A stretch of 64,000 bases of DNA from Bacteroidales bacterium. Its GTDB lineage: Bacteria; Bacteroidota; Bacteroidia; Bacteroidales; GWA2-32-17. Both the position numbers and the translations under genes were made by a program. Shown piece by piece: positions 56,068 through 64,000 of the stretch; within the stretch, counting starts at the first letter, position 1, and the number at the start of each line of letters is the position of its first letter. The DNA lies in NCBI GenBank assembly GCA_035371305.1, contig DAOOWN010000001.1, positions 3,406 through 67,405 on the forward strand. Direction: 5' to 3'. The notes below the pieces were generated by a model. That model did not search any database. It was not told the origin of the DNA and was given only the letters and a program-made list of their open reading frames with translations.

Positions 56068-56814
56068 ATGAAAAGAATGATACTTCATACATTTATTTTA
56101 GTTGCAACAACTCTTGCTACACTATTAGTTATAACCAACTGCAATCCTGTAACCGGCGACAATAAAGAATCAAAAATTGATAGTGCTCCCAAGCCCGAAT
56201 TAACATCATTATCTATAAGAAAAGATGTCCCGCCGGTATTTACAAACACATTTAACGGTAAAATCCAATTAATTGAAAAAAATCTTTTCGATACCGTTAC
56301 TTATAATATATATGTATATAAAAATAAAGTGAGAATTGATAAAGTCCAGCCAACAAACAACGAATCGTATATTTTCGATTTGATTTCGAACGAAAAAATC
56401 ATACAAAATCATCCGAACAAACTATACTCTATTGAGCCGTATAACGAAGAAAAAACAACTTACGACAGCACTTTTAAAATTATTAAAACCGAAAACGAAA
56501 AATCAATACTTGGTATGAAGTGTAAGCAATGGAGAGTAAAAAACACAAGAGAAAATACCGAAGTAACATATTGGGTTTCGACAAATAATTATGGCTTTTA
56601 TTACTACCTGACGAAGATTTGGAATTCAAAAATTAAAGTTAATAAGTATTTTCAAGTTGTTTCAAATTCGTTTGGCTTTATGCCCCTTGAAGTAACTGAA
56701 CGCAATTTGTTAAGAGACGTGAAAAGTTCGTTAATAGTATCTCAAATTTCTCAAGAAATACCCGACAGCAGTCTTTTTATCATTCCAACTTCGTATGCTC
56801 AATTTTCAAATTAA
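56068..56814 (+). CDS. Secreted hypothetical protein (DUF4412-like by eye), paralogue of 36578-37258
   Basis: Signal/lipoprotein-like N-terminus (..LLVITNC). Shares the GxKCxQWRVxN...EhoYWV...W N block and the C-terminal ..SLF.IP..Y.. with the other copy. Confidence 0.5.
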   Translation: MKRMILHTFILVATTLATLLVITNCNPVTGDNKESKIDSAPKPELTSLSIRKDVPPVFTNTFNGKIQLIEKNLFDTVTYNIYVYKNKVRIDKVQPTNNESYIFDLISNEKIIQNHPNKLYSIEPYNEEKTTYDSTFKIIKTENEKSILGMKCKQWRVKNTRENTEVTYWVSTNNYGFYYYLTKIWNSKIKVNKYFQVVSNSFGFMPLEVTERNLLRDVKSSLIVSQISQEIPDSSLFIIPTSYAQFSN

Positions 56815-56849
56815 TTTTAAAAAACATCTAAAAATTCATTTTTTGGAAT

Positions 56850-56857
56850 TAATTTTG
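56850..56857 (+). promoter_or_regulatory. Candidate -7 box (TAATTTTG)
   Basis: Exact TAnnTTTG, 35 nt upstream of the ATG at 56893. Confidence 0.35.
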
Positions 56858-56892
56858 AAACTTATTTTGAGTACATTCGTTTAAAACACCGA

Positions 56893-57738
56893 ATGATGAA
56901 CTTTTTGAATGTAAAACATATTATTTTTTGTTTGTTGATTATTTTTAGTGTGAGTGTTTTTGGCCAAAAAGACACATTAAATCAAACTGATTCCGAGGGT
57001 AAGCAACATGGCTATTGGGTTATAACCGAAAATAATATCAAATCTGAAGAAGGTCGTTTTGAACATGGACAACGTGTTGGTGTTTGGAAAGCATATTATC
57101 CGACCGGAAAAACAAAGTCTCAAATAACTTATCAAGCAGGAAAGCCAAACGGTTATGCAAAATTTTATTACGAAAATGGCAACGTAAGCGAAGAAGGCAT
57201 TTGGAAAGAAAACAAATGGATTGGAGATTACAAATATTATCATCCAAATGGGAATCCGGCGTATGAATGGAAATATAGCGATTCCGGAAAACGAACCGGA
57301 GTTCAAAAATATTACCACGAAAACGGAAAAATTATGATAGAAGGAGAATGGAAAGAAGGCAAAGAAAATGGAACCATAAAAGAATTTGATAAAGAAGGTA
57401 AACTGATAGCGGAAAAAACGTTTAACGATGGGCAGTTAGATGCTGCATCGGTAAAAATATATACACCAACCAATACTACAACCAATACAACTGAACAAAA
57501 GCAAGAAGAAGTTATTCAAGTCCAGGAAGTAAAACAACAAAATACAAATATCGGTGTTTTTGATGGGAATGGGTACCATAAAACCTATCATAAAGATGGA
57601 AAAGTAGATCGTGAAGGCGAATGGAAAAATGGGCGATTAATTGACGGAAAAAAATATTTCTACGACGAAACAGGGAAATTGATAAAAACAACCATTTACA
57701 AAAATGGTAATGTTGCAAACATTATTTATAACAACTAA
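56893..57738 (+). CDS. Secreted MORN-variant repeat protein (YwqK-family-like)
   Basis: Signal peptide. Repeats of G.W..YY.NG....EG....GK..G.W..Y. .G (e.g. YYENGNVSEEGIWKENKWIGDYKYYHPNG), split by a T/N/Q-rich linker. Confidence 0.75.
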   Translation: MMNFLNVKHIIFCLLIIFSVSVFGQKDTLNQTDSEGKQHGYWVITENNIKSEEGRFEHGQRVGVWKAYYPTGKTKSQITYQAGKPNGYAKFYYENGNVSEEGIWKENKWIGDYKYYHPNGNPAYEWKYSDSGKRTGVQKYYHENGKIMIEGEWKEGKENGTIKEFDKEGKLIAEKTFNDGQLDAASVKIYTPTNTTTNTTEQKQEEVIQVQEVKQQNTNIGVFDGNGYHKTYHKDGKVDREGEWKNGRLIDGKKYFYDETGKLIKTTIYKNGNVANIIYNN

Positions 57739-58595
57739 ATGTAAGCACCCGGGCCAATTAGATGTTGATCGTATATAAATTGATTGTCTTTTATTACCGT
57801 TTGCTGAGGCTGAACAACAATCCACGATTTTAAATTAAATTTAGCGCCACGCGACAAAAAACCTATTTTAACGTTATTAACATTGTAAGCTTGATTTTCT
57901 TGAATTTCGTGAAAATCGTTATAGGTCATTTCTTCGGCATTTAAAAGGGTTACCATGCCACTGCCAAATACTTCAAAAAAGTCGTTTTTATCAATAAAAA
58001 TAGAAGTATCTTCGTCTAATCCTATCGCTTTGTTTTCTGCACCCATGGCTAGCATTTGAAGAAGACGAGGAATGCGTTCGCGATTTAAAAAATGCGTATC
58101 AATCACCATGTCATCTACAAAACCAAATCCTTTTGAATGTTTTACTTCTCCTTTAATAAATCCATGATAATCGCCATTAAAGAGCATATTCTCTGATGCT
58201 GCTGCTGCTCCGGCACTTGTTCCTGCTATTATTAATTTTCCTGAAAAATACAGATCTTTTATTTTATTTATTAATTGAGAGTTTCTTAATGTTTCAACCA
58301 ATTTTACTTGATCTCCGCCCGAAAAAAACAATAAGTTTGCTTGCTCAACGGCTTCAATGTATTCAGGCTTATCACATTCTTCCGGATATCGGATATCTAA
58401 TGTTTTGAAGTTTTCGACATTTAATTTTTCAAATGCTCTTGAATAATTTTGCTCGGCTTCGTGAGGATATGCAGATGCAGTAGGAATTAAAACGATGTTT
58501 TTATAATCAGCACTTTTAGCAACATTAGATAATATTTCGAGTTTATCGGTTTTATCTTCTGCGCCTCCAATTAGTATAAGCTTAATATTATTCAT
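57735..58595 (-). CDS. Cyanophycinase (peptidase S51), cytoplasmic CphB type
   Basis: LILIGGAED, FFSGGDQ, the nucleophile context IIAGTSAGAA, IDTHF..R.R..RL, GLDEDT. No signal peptide. Length 286 aa. Confidence 0.85.
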   Translation of the reverse strand: MNNIKLILIGGAEDKTDKLEILSNVAKSADYKNIVLIPTASAYPHEAEQNYSRAFEKLNVENFKTLDIRYPEECDKPEYIEAVEQANLLFFSGGDQVKLVETLRNSQLINKIKDLYFSGKLIIAGTSAGAAAASENMLFNGDYHGFIKGEVKHSKGFGFVDDMVIDTHFLNRERIPRLLQMLAMGAENKAIGLDEDTSIFIDKNDFFEVFGSGMVTLLNAEEMTYNDFHEIQENQAYNVNNVKIGFLSRGAKFNLKSWIVVQPQQTVIKDNQFIYDQHLIGPGAYI

Positions 58596-58614
58596 AATGA
58601 TCCTCCAATATGCA

Positions 58615-58622
58615 CAAAGATA
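58615..58622 (-). promoter_or_regulatory. Candidate -7 box (TATCTTTG on minus strand) for the cyanophycinase gene, followed by a GGAGGA Shine-Dalgarno (58601-58606)
   Basis: Exact TAnnTTTG, 19 nt upstream of the ATG (58595). The mRNA reads ..UUGGAGGAUCAUUAUG, with a 5-nt SD-AUG spacer. Confidence 0.4.
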
Positions 58623-58878
58623 AAAGAATTATCTTTAAAAATCATATAACAATTAGTTCTTTTTATTGACAAGTGAACATTGTTTGTCAAAACACTCATT
58701 TTAAAGCATTTTTTTTATTCAAAAAACAAATTATGAACAACATAAAAATGAATATACGTTTTAATTAAAAAGGAACGGATCCTTTTAATTGGAATGTCTG
58801 AATGAAGCCATCTTTTCTTTTTAAAAAGATATAATTCGATAAGATGAAAAAGATATTTGTAAAATAAATTTTTATGAT

Positions 58879-58886
58879 TACTTTTG
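58879..58886 (+). promoter_or_regulatory. Candidate -7 box (TACTTTTG) for tRNA-Leu
   Basis: Exact TAnnTTTG, 26 nt upstream of the mature tRNA 5' end. Confidence 0.45.
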
Positions 58887-58912
58887 CACCGTTCTTTGGT
58901 AAAAAAGAAAAT

Positions 58913-58996
58913 GCCCGGATGGCGGAATTGGTAGACGCGCTGGTCTCAAACACCAGTGGGATCAAACCCATGCCGGTTCGACCCCGGCTCCGGGTA
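58913..58996 (+). tRNA. tRNA-Leu (anticodon CAA), type II with long variable arm
   Basis: Folded by hand. Acceptor GCCCGGA/TCCGGGT (G1-U72). Anticodon stem CTGGT/ACCAG with loop CTCAAAC. Variable arm TGGG..CCCA. T arm GCCGG-TTCGACC-CCGGC. Discriminator A. CCA is not encoded. Confidence 0.93.
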
Positions 58997-59004
58997 CAAA
59001 CAAT

Positions 59005-59027
59005 AGCCCTCTTTTGAGGGTTTTTTT
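59005..59027 (+). terminator. Hairpin + T7 run directly after tRNA-Leu and abutting the next start codon
   Basis: AGCCCTC-TTTT-GAGGGTT followed by TTTTT. The ATG of the dCMP deaminase gene is at 59028. Confidence 0.65.
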
Positions 59028-59462
59028 ATGAATGAAAAACAACAAAAACTCGACAAAAGATATTTGTTGATGGCTAAAATATGGGCCGAAAATTCCTACT
59101 GCAAAAGACGTAAAGTTGGAGCATTGATTGTTAAAGATAAAATGATCATTTCGGACGGATACAATGGTACTCCTTCCGGCTTTGAAAACAAATGCGAAGA
59201 TGATCAAAACGTTACTTTCCCTTATGTATTGCATGCTGAGGCGAATGCTATAACCAAAGTAGCAAAGTCAAACAACAGCAGCGAAGGCTCAACTTTATAT
59301 GTTACTACTTCACCTTGCGTAGAGTGTTCAAAATTAATTATCCAATCGGGTATTCAACGTGTTGTTTTCTGCGATTTGTACCACCACCACGATGGATTAG
59401 AATTGTTAAAGAAAGCCGGTATTGAAGTTTGTCATTTACCATTAAACTCTAGCGATGAATAA
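59028..59462 (+). CDS. dCMP (deoxycytidylate) deaminase
   Basis: Y..MA......S.C.RRKVGA, the HAEANAI zinc motif, and PCVECSKLI. Length 144 aa. Confidence 0.9.
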   Translation: MNEKQQKLDKRYLLMAKIWAENSYCKRRKVGALIVKDKMIISDGYNGTPSGFENKCEDDQNVTFPYVLHAEANAITKVAKSNNSSEGSTLYVTTSPCVECSKLIIQSGIQRVVFCDLYHHHDGLELLKKAGIEVCHLPLNSSDE

Positions 59463-61059
59463 AAAAACACTCATTTATTTGCCTATTATCATTGCCATAA
59501 GTATTACAATAGGCATTTGGCTCGGTAAATCGTTTTTTACTAATCCATTTGAATCGTTGCTAAATCAAAATTACTTTACCTCAAATAATTTAACTTTTCC
59601 ATCGAGCGAAAAACTTCAGTCTATATTATATTATATAGAAAATGAGTATGTTGACACCATAAATCACGATTCATTAATAGACAAAGCGATCACAGCTTTA
59701 TTGCAACAACTCGATCCACACTCCATTTATATACCTCCCAGTGAATTCGAAGAGATGAATGAACCGTTGGAAGGTGAATTTGACGGCATTGGTGTAGAAT
59801 TCAGTATTCAGAAAGACACCATTGTTGTAATGAATACGATTATTGGCGGTCCATCTGAAAAAATTGGTCTGATGGCGGGCGATCGAATAATTAAAGTCAA
59901 CGATAGCATTGTTGCCGGTGTGGGAATTACCAACAATCAAGTAATGAAATTGCTGAAAGGTCCTAAAGGAACAAAAGTAAAAGTCCATATTAAAAGGAAC
60001 AAAATAAAAAATTTGCTTACTTTTACCATTACTCGAGACAAAATACCCATGTACAGCATTGATGCGTATATGATGCTTAGCCAAGAATTGGGTTATATAA
60101 AAATAGCCCGCTTTGCAAAAACGACACCCGAAGAGTTTCATAATGCTCTTTTAAAGCTCAACGAAAAGGGCATGAAGCAATTAATAGTTGATGTTAGAGG
60201 GAATGGTGGCGGTTATATGGATGCTGCCATCAGTATTGCCGATGAATTTTTAAAAAAGGATGAGCTTATTGTTTATACCGAAGGGAAATCGCAACCCAAA
60301 CACGATTATAACGCTACCGAATTCGGAATCGCTGAAGATGTGAAATTAGCCGTTCTTATAGACGAATGGTCGGCATCTGCCAGCGAAATATTTGCCGGTG
60401 CTATTCAAGACAACGATAGAGGGATTATAGTAGGACGAAAATCATTCGGCAAAGGATTGGTTCAAGAACCCATTGACTTTAAAGACGGAAGTTCAATTAG
60501 ACTTACCATTGCTCGTTATCATACACCAAGTGGACGCTGCATTCAGCGAAACTATAAATCAAATATTCAAAATTACTACACCGACTTATTTTTTAGAAAC
60601 GATAGTTTAGATAGTATAGAAGTCAAAACGGCTCCTAAATTTAAAACAAAAAAAGGAAGAACAGTATTGGGCAATGGAGGCATAAGTCCTGATGTGAAAG
60701 TAAATGTAAATAATAAAAATATACCCGATTTTTTCTTTAAACTCCTCGAACAATCTACCATTTATCAGTTTGCATTTATGTATAGCGACAACCATCGCAA
60801 TGAATTTAAAAAATTCAAAACATGGAAAGAGCTAGATAAATATTTAATTTCCTCATCACTTTATAACGATTTTATTCAATATTGCGAAAAACAAGGATTC
60901 AAACCAAATGAAGAAGATAAAATAAAAGCAAAAGACATAATTTTAAATCACTTAAGAGCTTATATTGTACGAAATATTTTTAACGACGAAGGATTTTATA
61001 CTATCACATTAGAACAAGACGAGATTTTTAGAAAAGCGTTAAAAGTGTTAGAAAAATAA
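59455..61059 (+). CDS. S41 family C-terminal processing peptidase
   Basis: N-terminal TM anchor, PDZ (GDRIIKVND), DVRGNGGG, SASASEIFAGAIQDN.RG.IVG..SFGKG. 8-nt overlap with the upstream gene. Confidence 0.9.
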   Translation: MNKKTLIYLPIIIAISITIGIWLGKSFFTNPFESLLNQNYFTSNNLTFPSSEKLQSILYYIENEYVDTINHDSLIDKAITALLQQLDPHSIYIPPSEFEEMNEPLEGEFDGIGVEFSIQKDTIVVMNTIIGGPSEKIGLMAGDRIIKVNDSIVAGVGITNNQVMKLLKGPKGTKVKVHIKRNKIKNLLTFTITRDKIPMYSIDAYMMLSQELGYIKIARFAKTTPEEFHNALLKLNEKGMKQLIVDVRGNGGGYMDAAISIADEFLKKDELIVYTEGKSQPKHDYNATEFGIAEDVKLAVLIDEWSASASEIFAGAIQDNDRGIIVGRKSFGKGLVQEPIDFKDGSSIRLTIARYHTPSGRCIQRNYKSNIQNYYTDLFFRNDSLDSIEVKTAPKFKTKKGRTVLGNGGISPDVKVNVNNKNIPDFFFKLLEQSTIYQFAFMYSDNHRNEFKKFKTWKELDKYLISSSLYNDFIQYCEKQGFKPNEEDKIKAKDIILNHLRAYIVRNIFNDEGFYTITLEQDEIFRKALKVLEK

Positions 61060-61147
61060 TTTGCTGCAACTTTTATATATTTTTTGAAGTCTTAAAAAAA
61101 AGTATTTTCTTTGCAATTAAATTTATGTCTAACTAAACTTTTATTCT

Positions 61148-62833
61148 ATGAAAAAAATCTATGTTTTATTTGCTTTAATCGTTATGAGCGGAGTTATTTT
61201 TGCTCAATCAAAACGTGTTAGCAACAGTCCTATTTCTTCAAAAGAAATTGTGCATGTAATGAATCAACAAGCAAGTCCCAAGGCTATTATTGACTCATTA
61301 CACTATGATGGTGACCCTTATACAGCTATTGGAACTAATGCAGCAGATACTTTTGCCGCATTTGCTTTCTTCCCTGCTTCCATGTTATCAGCTCACCATA
61401 GCTTAGGTAATACAATTACGAAAGTAAAAGTTTACATCAATGGTGTTACTACTGTAACTTCTGCTAAAATTAAATTTTATTCAAACCAAACAACTGAAGT
61501 TTTAAGTCAACCTTTTACAGCAGTTGAAGGTTGGAACGTTGTTACTTTAACAACTCCTTTTGCTATTCCTGCAACTGACTTGTACATTGGCTATGAAGTT
61601 ATTGTTACCGGTGGTTATCCATTAGGTTGCGACCAAGGTCCGGTTAATACTAATGCAAACTGGTTGATTTTTCAAGGAGCATGGTATCATTTAACAGACT
61701 TAAGTGCCTCATTAACTTATAACTGGAACATTCGTGCAATGGTTGATGGAACTGCTTTAACAACTCCTATTGCAAGTTGCACACCTGCTACATGGGATGC
61801 TGGTACAATTGCCAATAACACAACAACAACATCAACTACATTTACTTTAAGTAACGTTGGTGGTGGTACAATGACTGCTTCTGCAGTAAACGGTTTAAGC
61901 GGAACTCCATTTACATGTTCATTAGTTCCTGCTTCAGTTAATTTAGCAGCCGGTCAATCTACAGGATTTACTTTTACTTATGCTCCTACAACAGCCGGTA
62001 CTCATACAGCTACTGCTACTATTGTAACCAACGGTGGTGATGTTACCGTTAATTTAACCGGTACTGCTGTTAATTGTACAGCAATTAACAGCTTCCCTTG
62101 GGTTGAAAGTTTTGAAGGAACAACTTTTGCTCCCGAATGCTGGTCAAATTTAGATGTTGATGGTGACACATACAAATGGGAAACAAGAGATGCTTCAAAT
62201 GGATGGAATATATTTGACGGCAATGTTGCTGCTGTATCAGCATCATGGGTAAGTAGTAGTGTTGGAGCTGTAACTCCTAACAATTATTTAATTACTCCAC
62301 AATTAGCTATTGCCAATGCAAATATGGTTTTAAAATGCCACATTGCACCCCAAGATCCATTATGGCCAGCTGAATATTTTGGTGTTGAAGTTTCTACAAC
62401 AGGTAATACTCCAGCAAACTTTACAAGCATTTACAACTATACTTTAACAGCTGCTGATAGTGTTTACAAAGAAGTAACTCTTCCGTTAGCTGCTTACAAT
62501 GGTCAAAACATTTACATTGCTTTCCGTCATTACAATTGTACAGATAATTTCTATTTATTACTTGACAAAGTTGAAGTTTATGAAAGCAGTGATGTAAACA
62601 CCAATGCAATTAATAGCAGTGTATTTGTATATCCTAACCCTGTTTCAACTACTTTAACCGTTGCTAATGATAATGCTAAAGTTATTGAAATTTACAACTT
62701 AAACGGACAAAAAGTTGCTGAATACACCAACACCAATTCTGCTAATGTAGCTAACTTAGCTCAAGGCACCTACATGGTAAAAGTTGTAACTAACAACAAC
62801 GTTATTAATCAAAAAATTAATATTGTACGCTAA
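61148..62833 (+). CDS. T9SS cargo: multi-domain surface protein (adhesin-like, choice-of-anchor-J-like module) with type-A CTD
   Basis: Signal peptide. Ig-like segment (..AGQSTGFTFTYAPTTAGTHTATATI..). The module INSFPWVESFEG..FAPECWSNLDVDGDTYKWE...NYLITPQL recalls cleaved-adhesin/choice-of-anchor J domains. CTD is VFVYPNPVSTTLTV...IYNLNGQKV...AQGTYMVKV...INIVR. Confidence 0.75.
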   Translation: MKKIYVLFALIVMSGVIFAQSKRVSNSPISSKEIVHVMNQQASPKAIIDSLHYDGDPYTAIGTNAADTFAAFAFFPASMLSAHHSLGNTITKVKVYINGVTTVTSAKIKFYSNQTTEVLSQPFTAVEGWNVVTLTTPFAIPATDLYIGYEVIVTGGYPLGCDQGPVNTNANWLIFQGAWYHLTDLSASLTYNWNIRAMVDGTALTTPIASCTPATWDAGTIANNTTTTSTTFTLSNVGGGTMTASAVNGLSGTPFTCSLVPASVNLAAGQSTGFTFTYAPTTAGTHTATATIVTNGGDVTVNLTGTAVNCTAINSFPWVESFEGTTFAPECWSNLDVDGDTYKWETRDASNGWNIFDGNVAAVSASWVSSSVGAVTPNNYLITPQLAIANANMVLKCHIAPQDPLWPAEYFGVEVSTTGNTPANFTSIYNYTLTAADSVYKEVTLPLAAYNGQNIYIAFRHYNCTDNFYLLLDKVEVYESSDVNTNAINSSVFVYPNPVSTTLTVANDNAKVIEIYNLNGQKVAEYTNTNSANVANLAQGTYMVKVVTNNNVINQKINIVR

Positions 62834-62852
62834 TTATTTGCTAAAATAGATG

Positions 62853-62885
62853 AAAGGCTGTTCGACTACGAGCAGCCTTTTTTTA
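62853..62885 (+). terminator. Rho-independent terminator
   Basis: AAAGGCTGTTCG-ACTA-CGAGCAGCCTTT (12 bp, one G-U) followed by TTTTT. The next ATG is at 62890. Confidence 0.75.
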
Positions 62886-62889
62886 TTAT

Positions 62890-64000
62890 ATGGAAACAAA
62901 CAGACCCATTATAGGACCTTTAAAAGTAACTGAAATTCATTCGTCGGGGAAAGGGATTGCTGTTTGGAACGAAAAAAAATATTTCATTCCTCATACGCTG
63001 CCTAACGAAGAATACATGTTACAAACTGAAAACAGAAGATTGGGATTTAGAACGGCCAAAATAATTTCGATTGAAAAACAAAGCGAAGCAAGAGTTCAAC
63101 CACAATGCCCCTATTATGGCTTGTGTGGAGGATGTAATTTTATGCATATTCGTTACGAAGAGCAATTAGCCATTAAAAGAACCATTCTCGAAAACGCATT
63201 CGAAAAATATCACATTCCCTTTCTTTTACCAATCACCATTTCGGCAGACGAGCCTTTTCATTATAGGAATAAAGCAACGTATCAGATTTTATATAGAAAT
63301 GAAGTCATTCAAATAGGTTTTCATCCCGAATTGTTAAAAAACGAACTGATAGAAATAAAAACCTGTTTATTGTTGAGGCCGATAATCAATGAGTATGGTA
63401 TTAATATTTCTCAGGCAATTCGTCAGTTTTATTGTGAGAGTAGGTGTGCAGATATTCTTAGTTTTACAATACGAAGCAACCGCCAAAACAATGTAATGCT
63501 CATCATTGAAATAAAACAAGAACCGTCTGACGTTATCCTGTCATTTTTTTCTCAACTAAGAAAAACGGCACTAAAATCGAATGACGCTTTTTATTATTTC
63601 GTTAAACCCCCAAATAAGAAAATTTACCCTTATGCCATCCACATCAACGATACCATGCCTTACCTATTTGAACGTATCCTTGAAAAGACGTTGCGAATCA
63701 GTCCGTTTAGTTTTTTTCAAAACAATGTAGAAATTACCGAAAAAATACTCCGGTATTTAATACATACGTTAGATTTTGAAAAAATTCATACGGTTTTTGA
63801 TTTATACAGCGGAAACGGAACCATGTCGCTTCCGTTAATAAAGGATTACGAAATGGTATTATATGCAATAGAAGGAAATCCATCCGCTATTAACGATGCA
63901 ATATTTAATTCGGCTAATAAAGAGAACCATCATCATATTTTAGGTGATGTATTACAAACATTTACAAAAGAATTTGTTGAAAGCACGCCTCATCCAAATT
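62890..64000 (+). CDS. RumA/TrmA-family 23S rRNA/tRNA (uracil-5)-methyltransferase, 3'-truncated by the window edge
   Basis: The frame is open from the ATG at 62890 to the edge (translated by hand), so it is absent from the ORF track. TRAM-like N-terminus, Fe-S Cys cluster QCPYYGLCGGCNFMH, then SPFSFFQNN and the SAM motif I DLYSGNGTMSLPL. Confidence 0.85.
   Translation, partial: METNRPIIGPLKVTEIHSSGKGIAVWNEKKYFIPHTLPNEEYMLQTENRRLGFRTAKIISIEKQSEARVQPQCPYYGLCGGCNFMHIRYEEQLAIKRTILENAFEKYHIPFLLPITISADEPFHYRNKATYQILYRNEVIQIGFHPELLKNELIEIKTCLLLRPIINEYGINISQAIRQFYCESRCADILSFTIRSNRQNNVMLIIEIKQEPSDVILSFFSQLRKTALKSNDAFYYFVKPPNKKIYPYAIHINDTMPYLFERILEKTLRISPFSFFQNNVEITEKILRYLIHTLDFEKIHTVFDLYSGNGTMSLPLIKDYEMVLYAIEGNPSAINDAIFNSANKENHHHILGDVLQTFTKEFVESTPHPN

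Noticed and set aside
56893-57738. Toxin-antitoxin module (the YwqK family is often labelled antitoxin)
   Set aside because: The protein has a signal peptide and is built of MORN-variant repeats. No toxin-like partner gene is adjacent, and its neighbours are a secreted paralogue-family protein and a convergent cyanophycinase.
58596-59027. Genomic island integrated at tRNA-Leu
   Set aside because: No integrase, no recognisable direct repeat of the tRNA 3' end nearby, and the flanking genes (dCMP deaminase, S41 protease) are housekeeping. Only the cyanophycinase gene looks mildly foreign.
1-64000. CRISPR arrays, IS elements or transposases, prophage genes, rRNA, tmRNA, RNase P or SRP RNA
   Set aside because: No regularly spaced direct repeats, no transposase, integrase or recombinase-like ORFs, and none of the conserved RNA cores I looked for by eye (e.g. 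GAGGAAAGUCC) were seen. A by-eye scan could miss small or diverged elements.

Overview
AT-rich, gene-dense chromosomal segment with about 60 protein genes, one tRNA, and no rRNA. It reads as a Bacteroidota (FCB-group) genome. Supporting signs are a fused lpxC-fabZ, six proteins ending in T9SS type-A C-terminal sorting domains (..PNP.. motif), TAnnTTTG -7 promoter boxes 10-30 nt upstream of many start codons, and almost no Shine-Dalgarno sequences. All calls come from reading the supplied translations and the DNA by eye (motifs, remembered family signatures). No database or HMM search was possible, so family names are hypotheses of varying strength.

Housekeeping content: Fe-type SOD, lipoate-protein ligase, lpxC-fabZ/lpxA, queG, greA + HIT, dtd, yraN, ruvC, sufS-sufE-DUF59, gcvH, fumC, dCMP deaminase, S41 protease, tRNA-Leu(CAA), and a RumA/TrmA-type RNA methyltransferase cut by the right edge.

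Accessory content: (1) a three-gene operon at 13084-22079, made of a giant plug-containing TonB-dependent-receptor-like barrel, a 1395-aa orphan T9SS-CTD protein and a PorV/PorQ-like barrel. This is my best candidate for an undescribed outer-membrane system. (2) A precursor-only nucleotide-sugar cluster, wbpD-wbpB-wbpA-galE-rfbB-cpsB, that lacks the obligatory aminotransferase. (3) Many stand-alone T9SS cargo genes, each insulated by a hairpin terminator. (4) An orphan cyanophycinase with an atypical perfect Shine-Dalgarno next to the tRNA. (5) A stand-alone PD-(D/E)xK (HsdR_N-like) protein translationally coupled to ruvC.

I saw no CRISPR array, transposase, integrase, phage genes or long repeats. 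Two edge-truncated genes missing from the ORF track were recovered (1-1608 minus, 62890-64000 plus).
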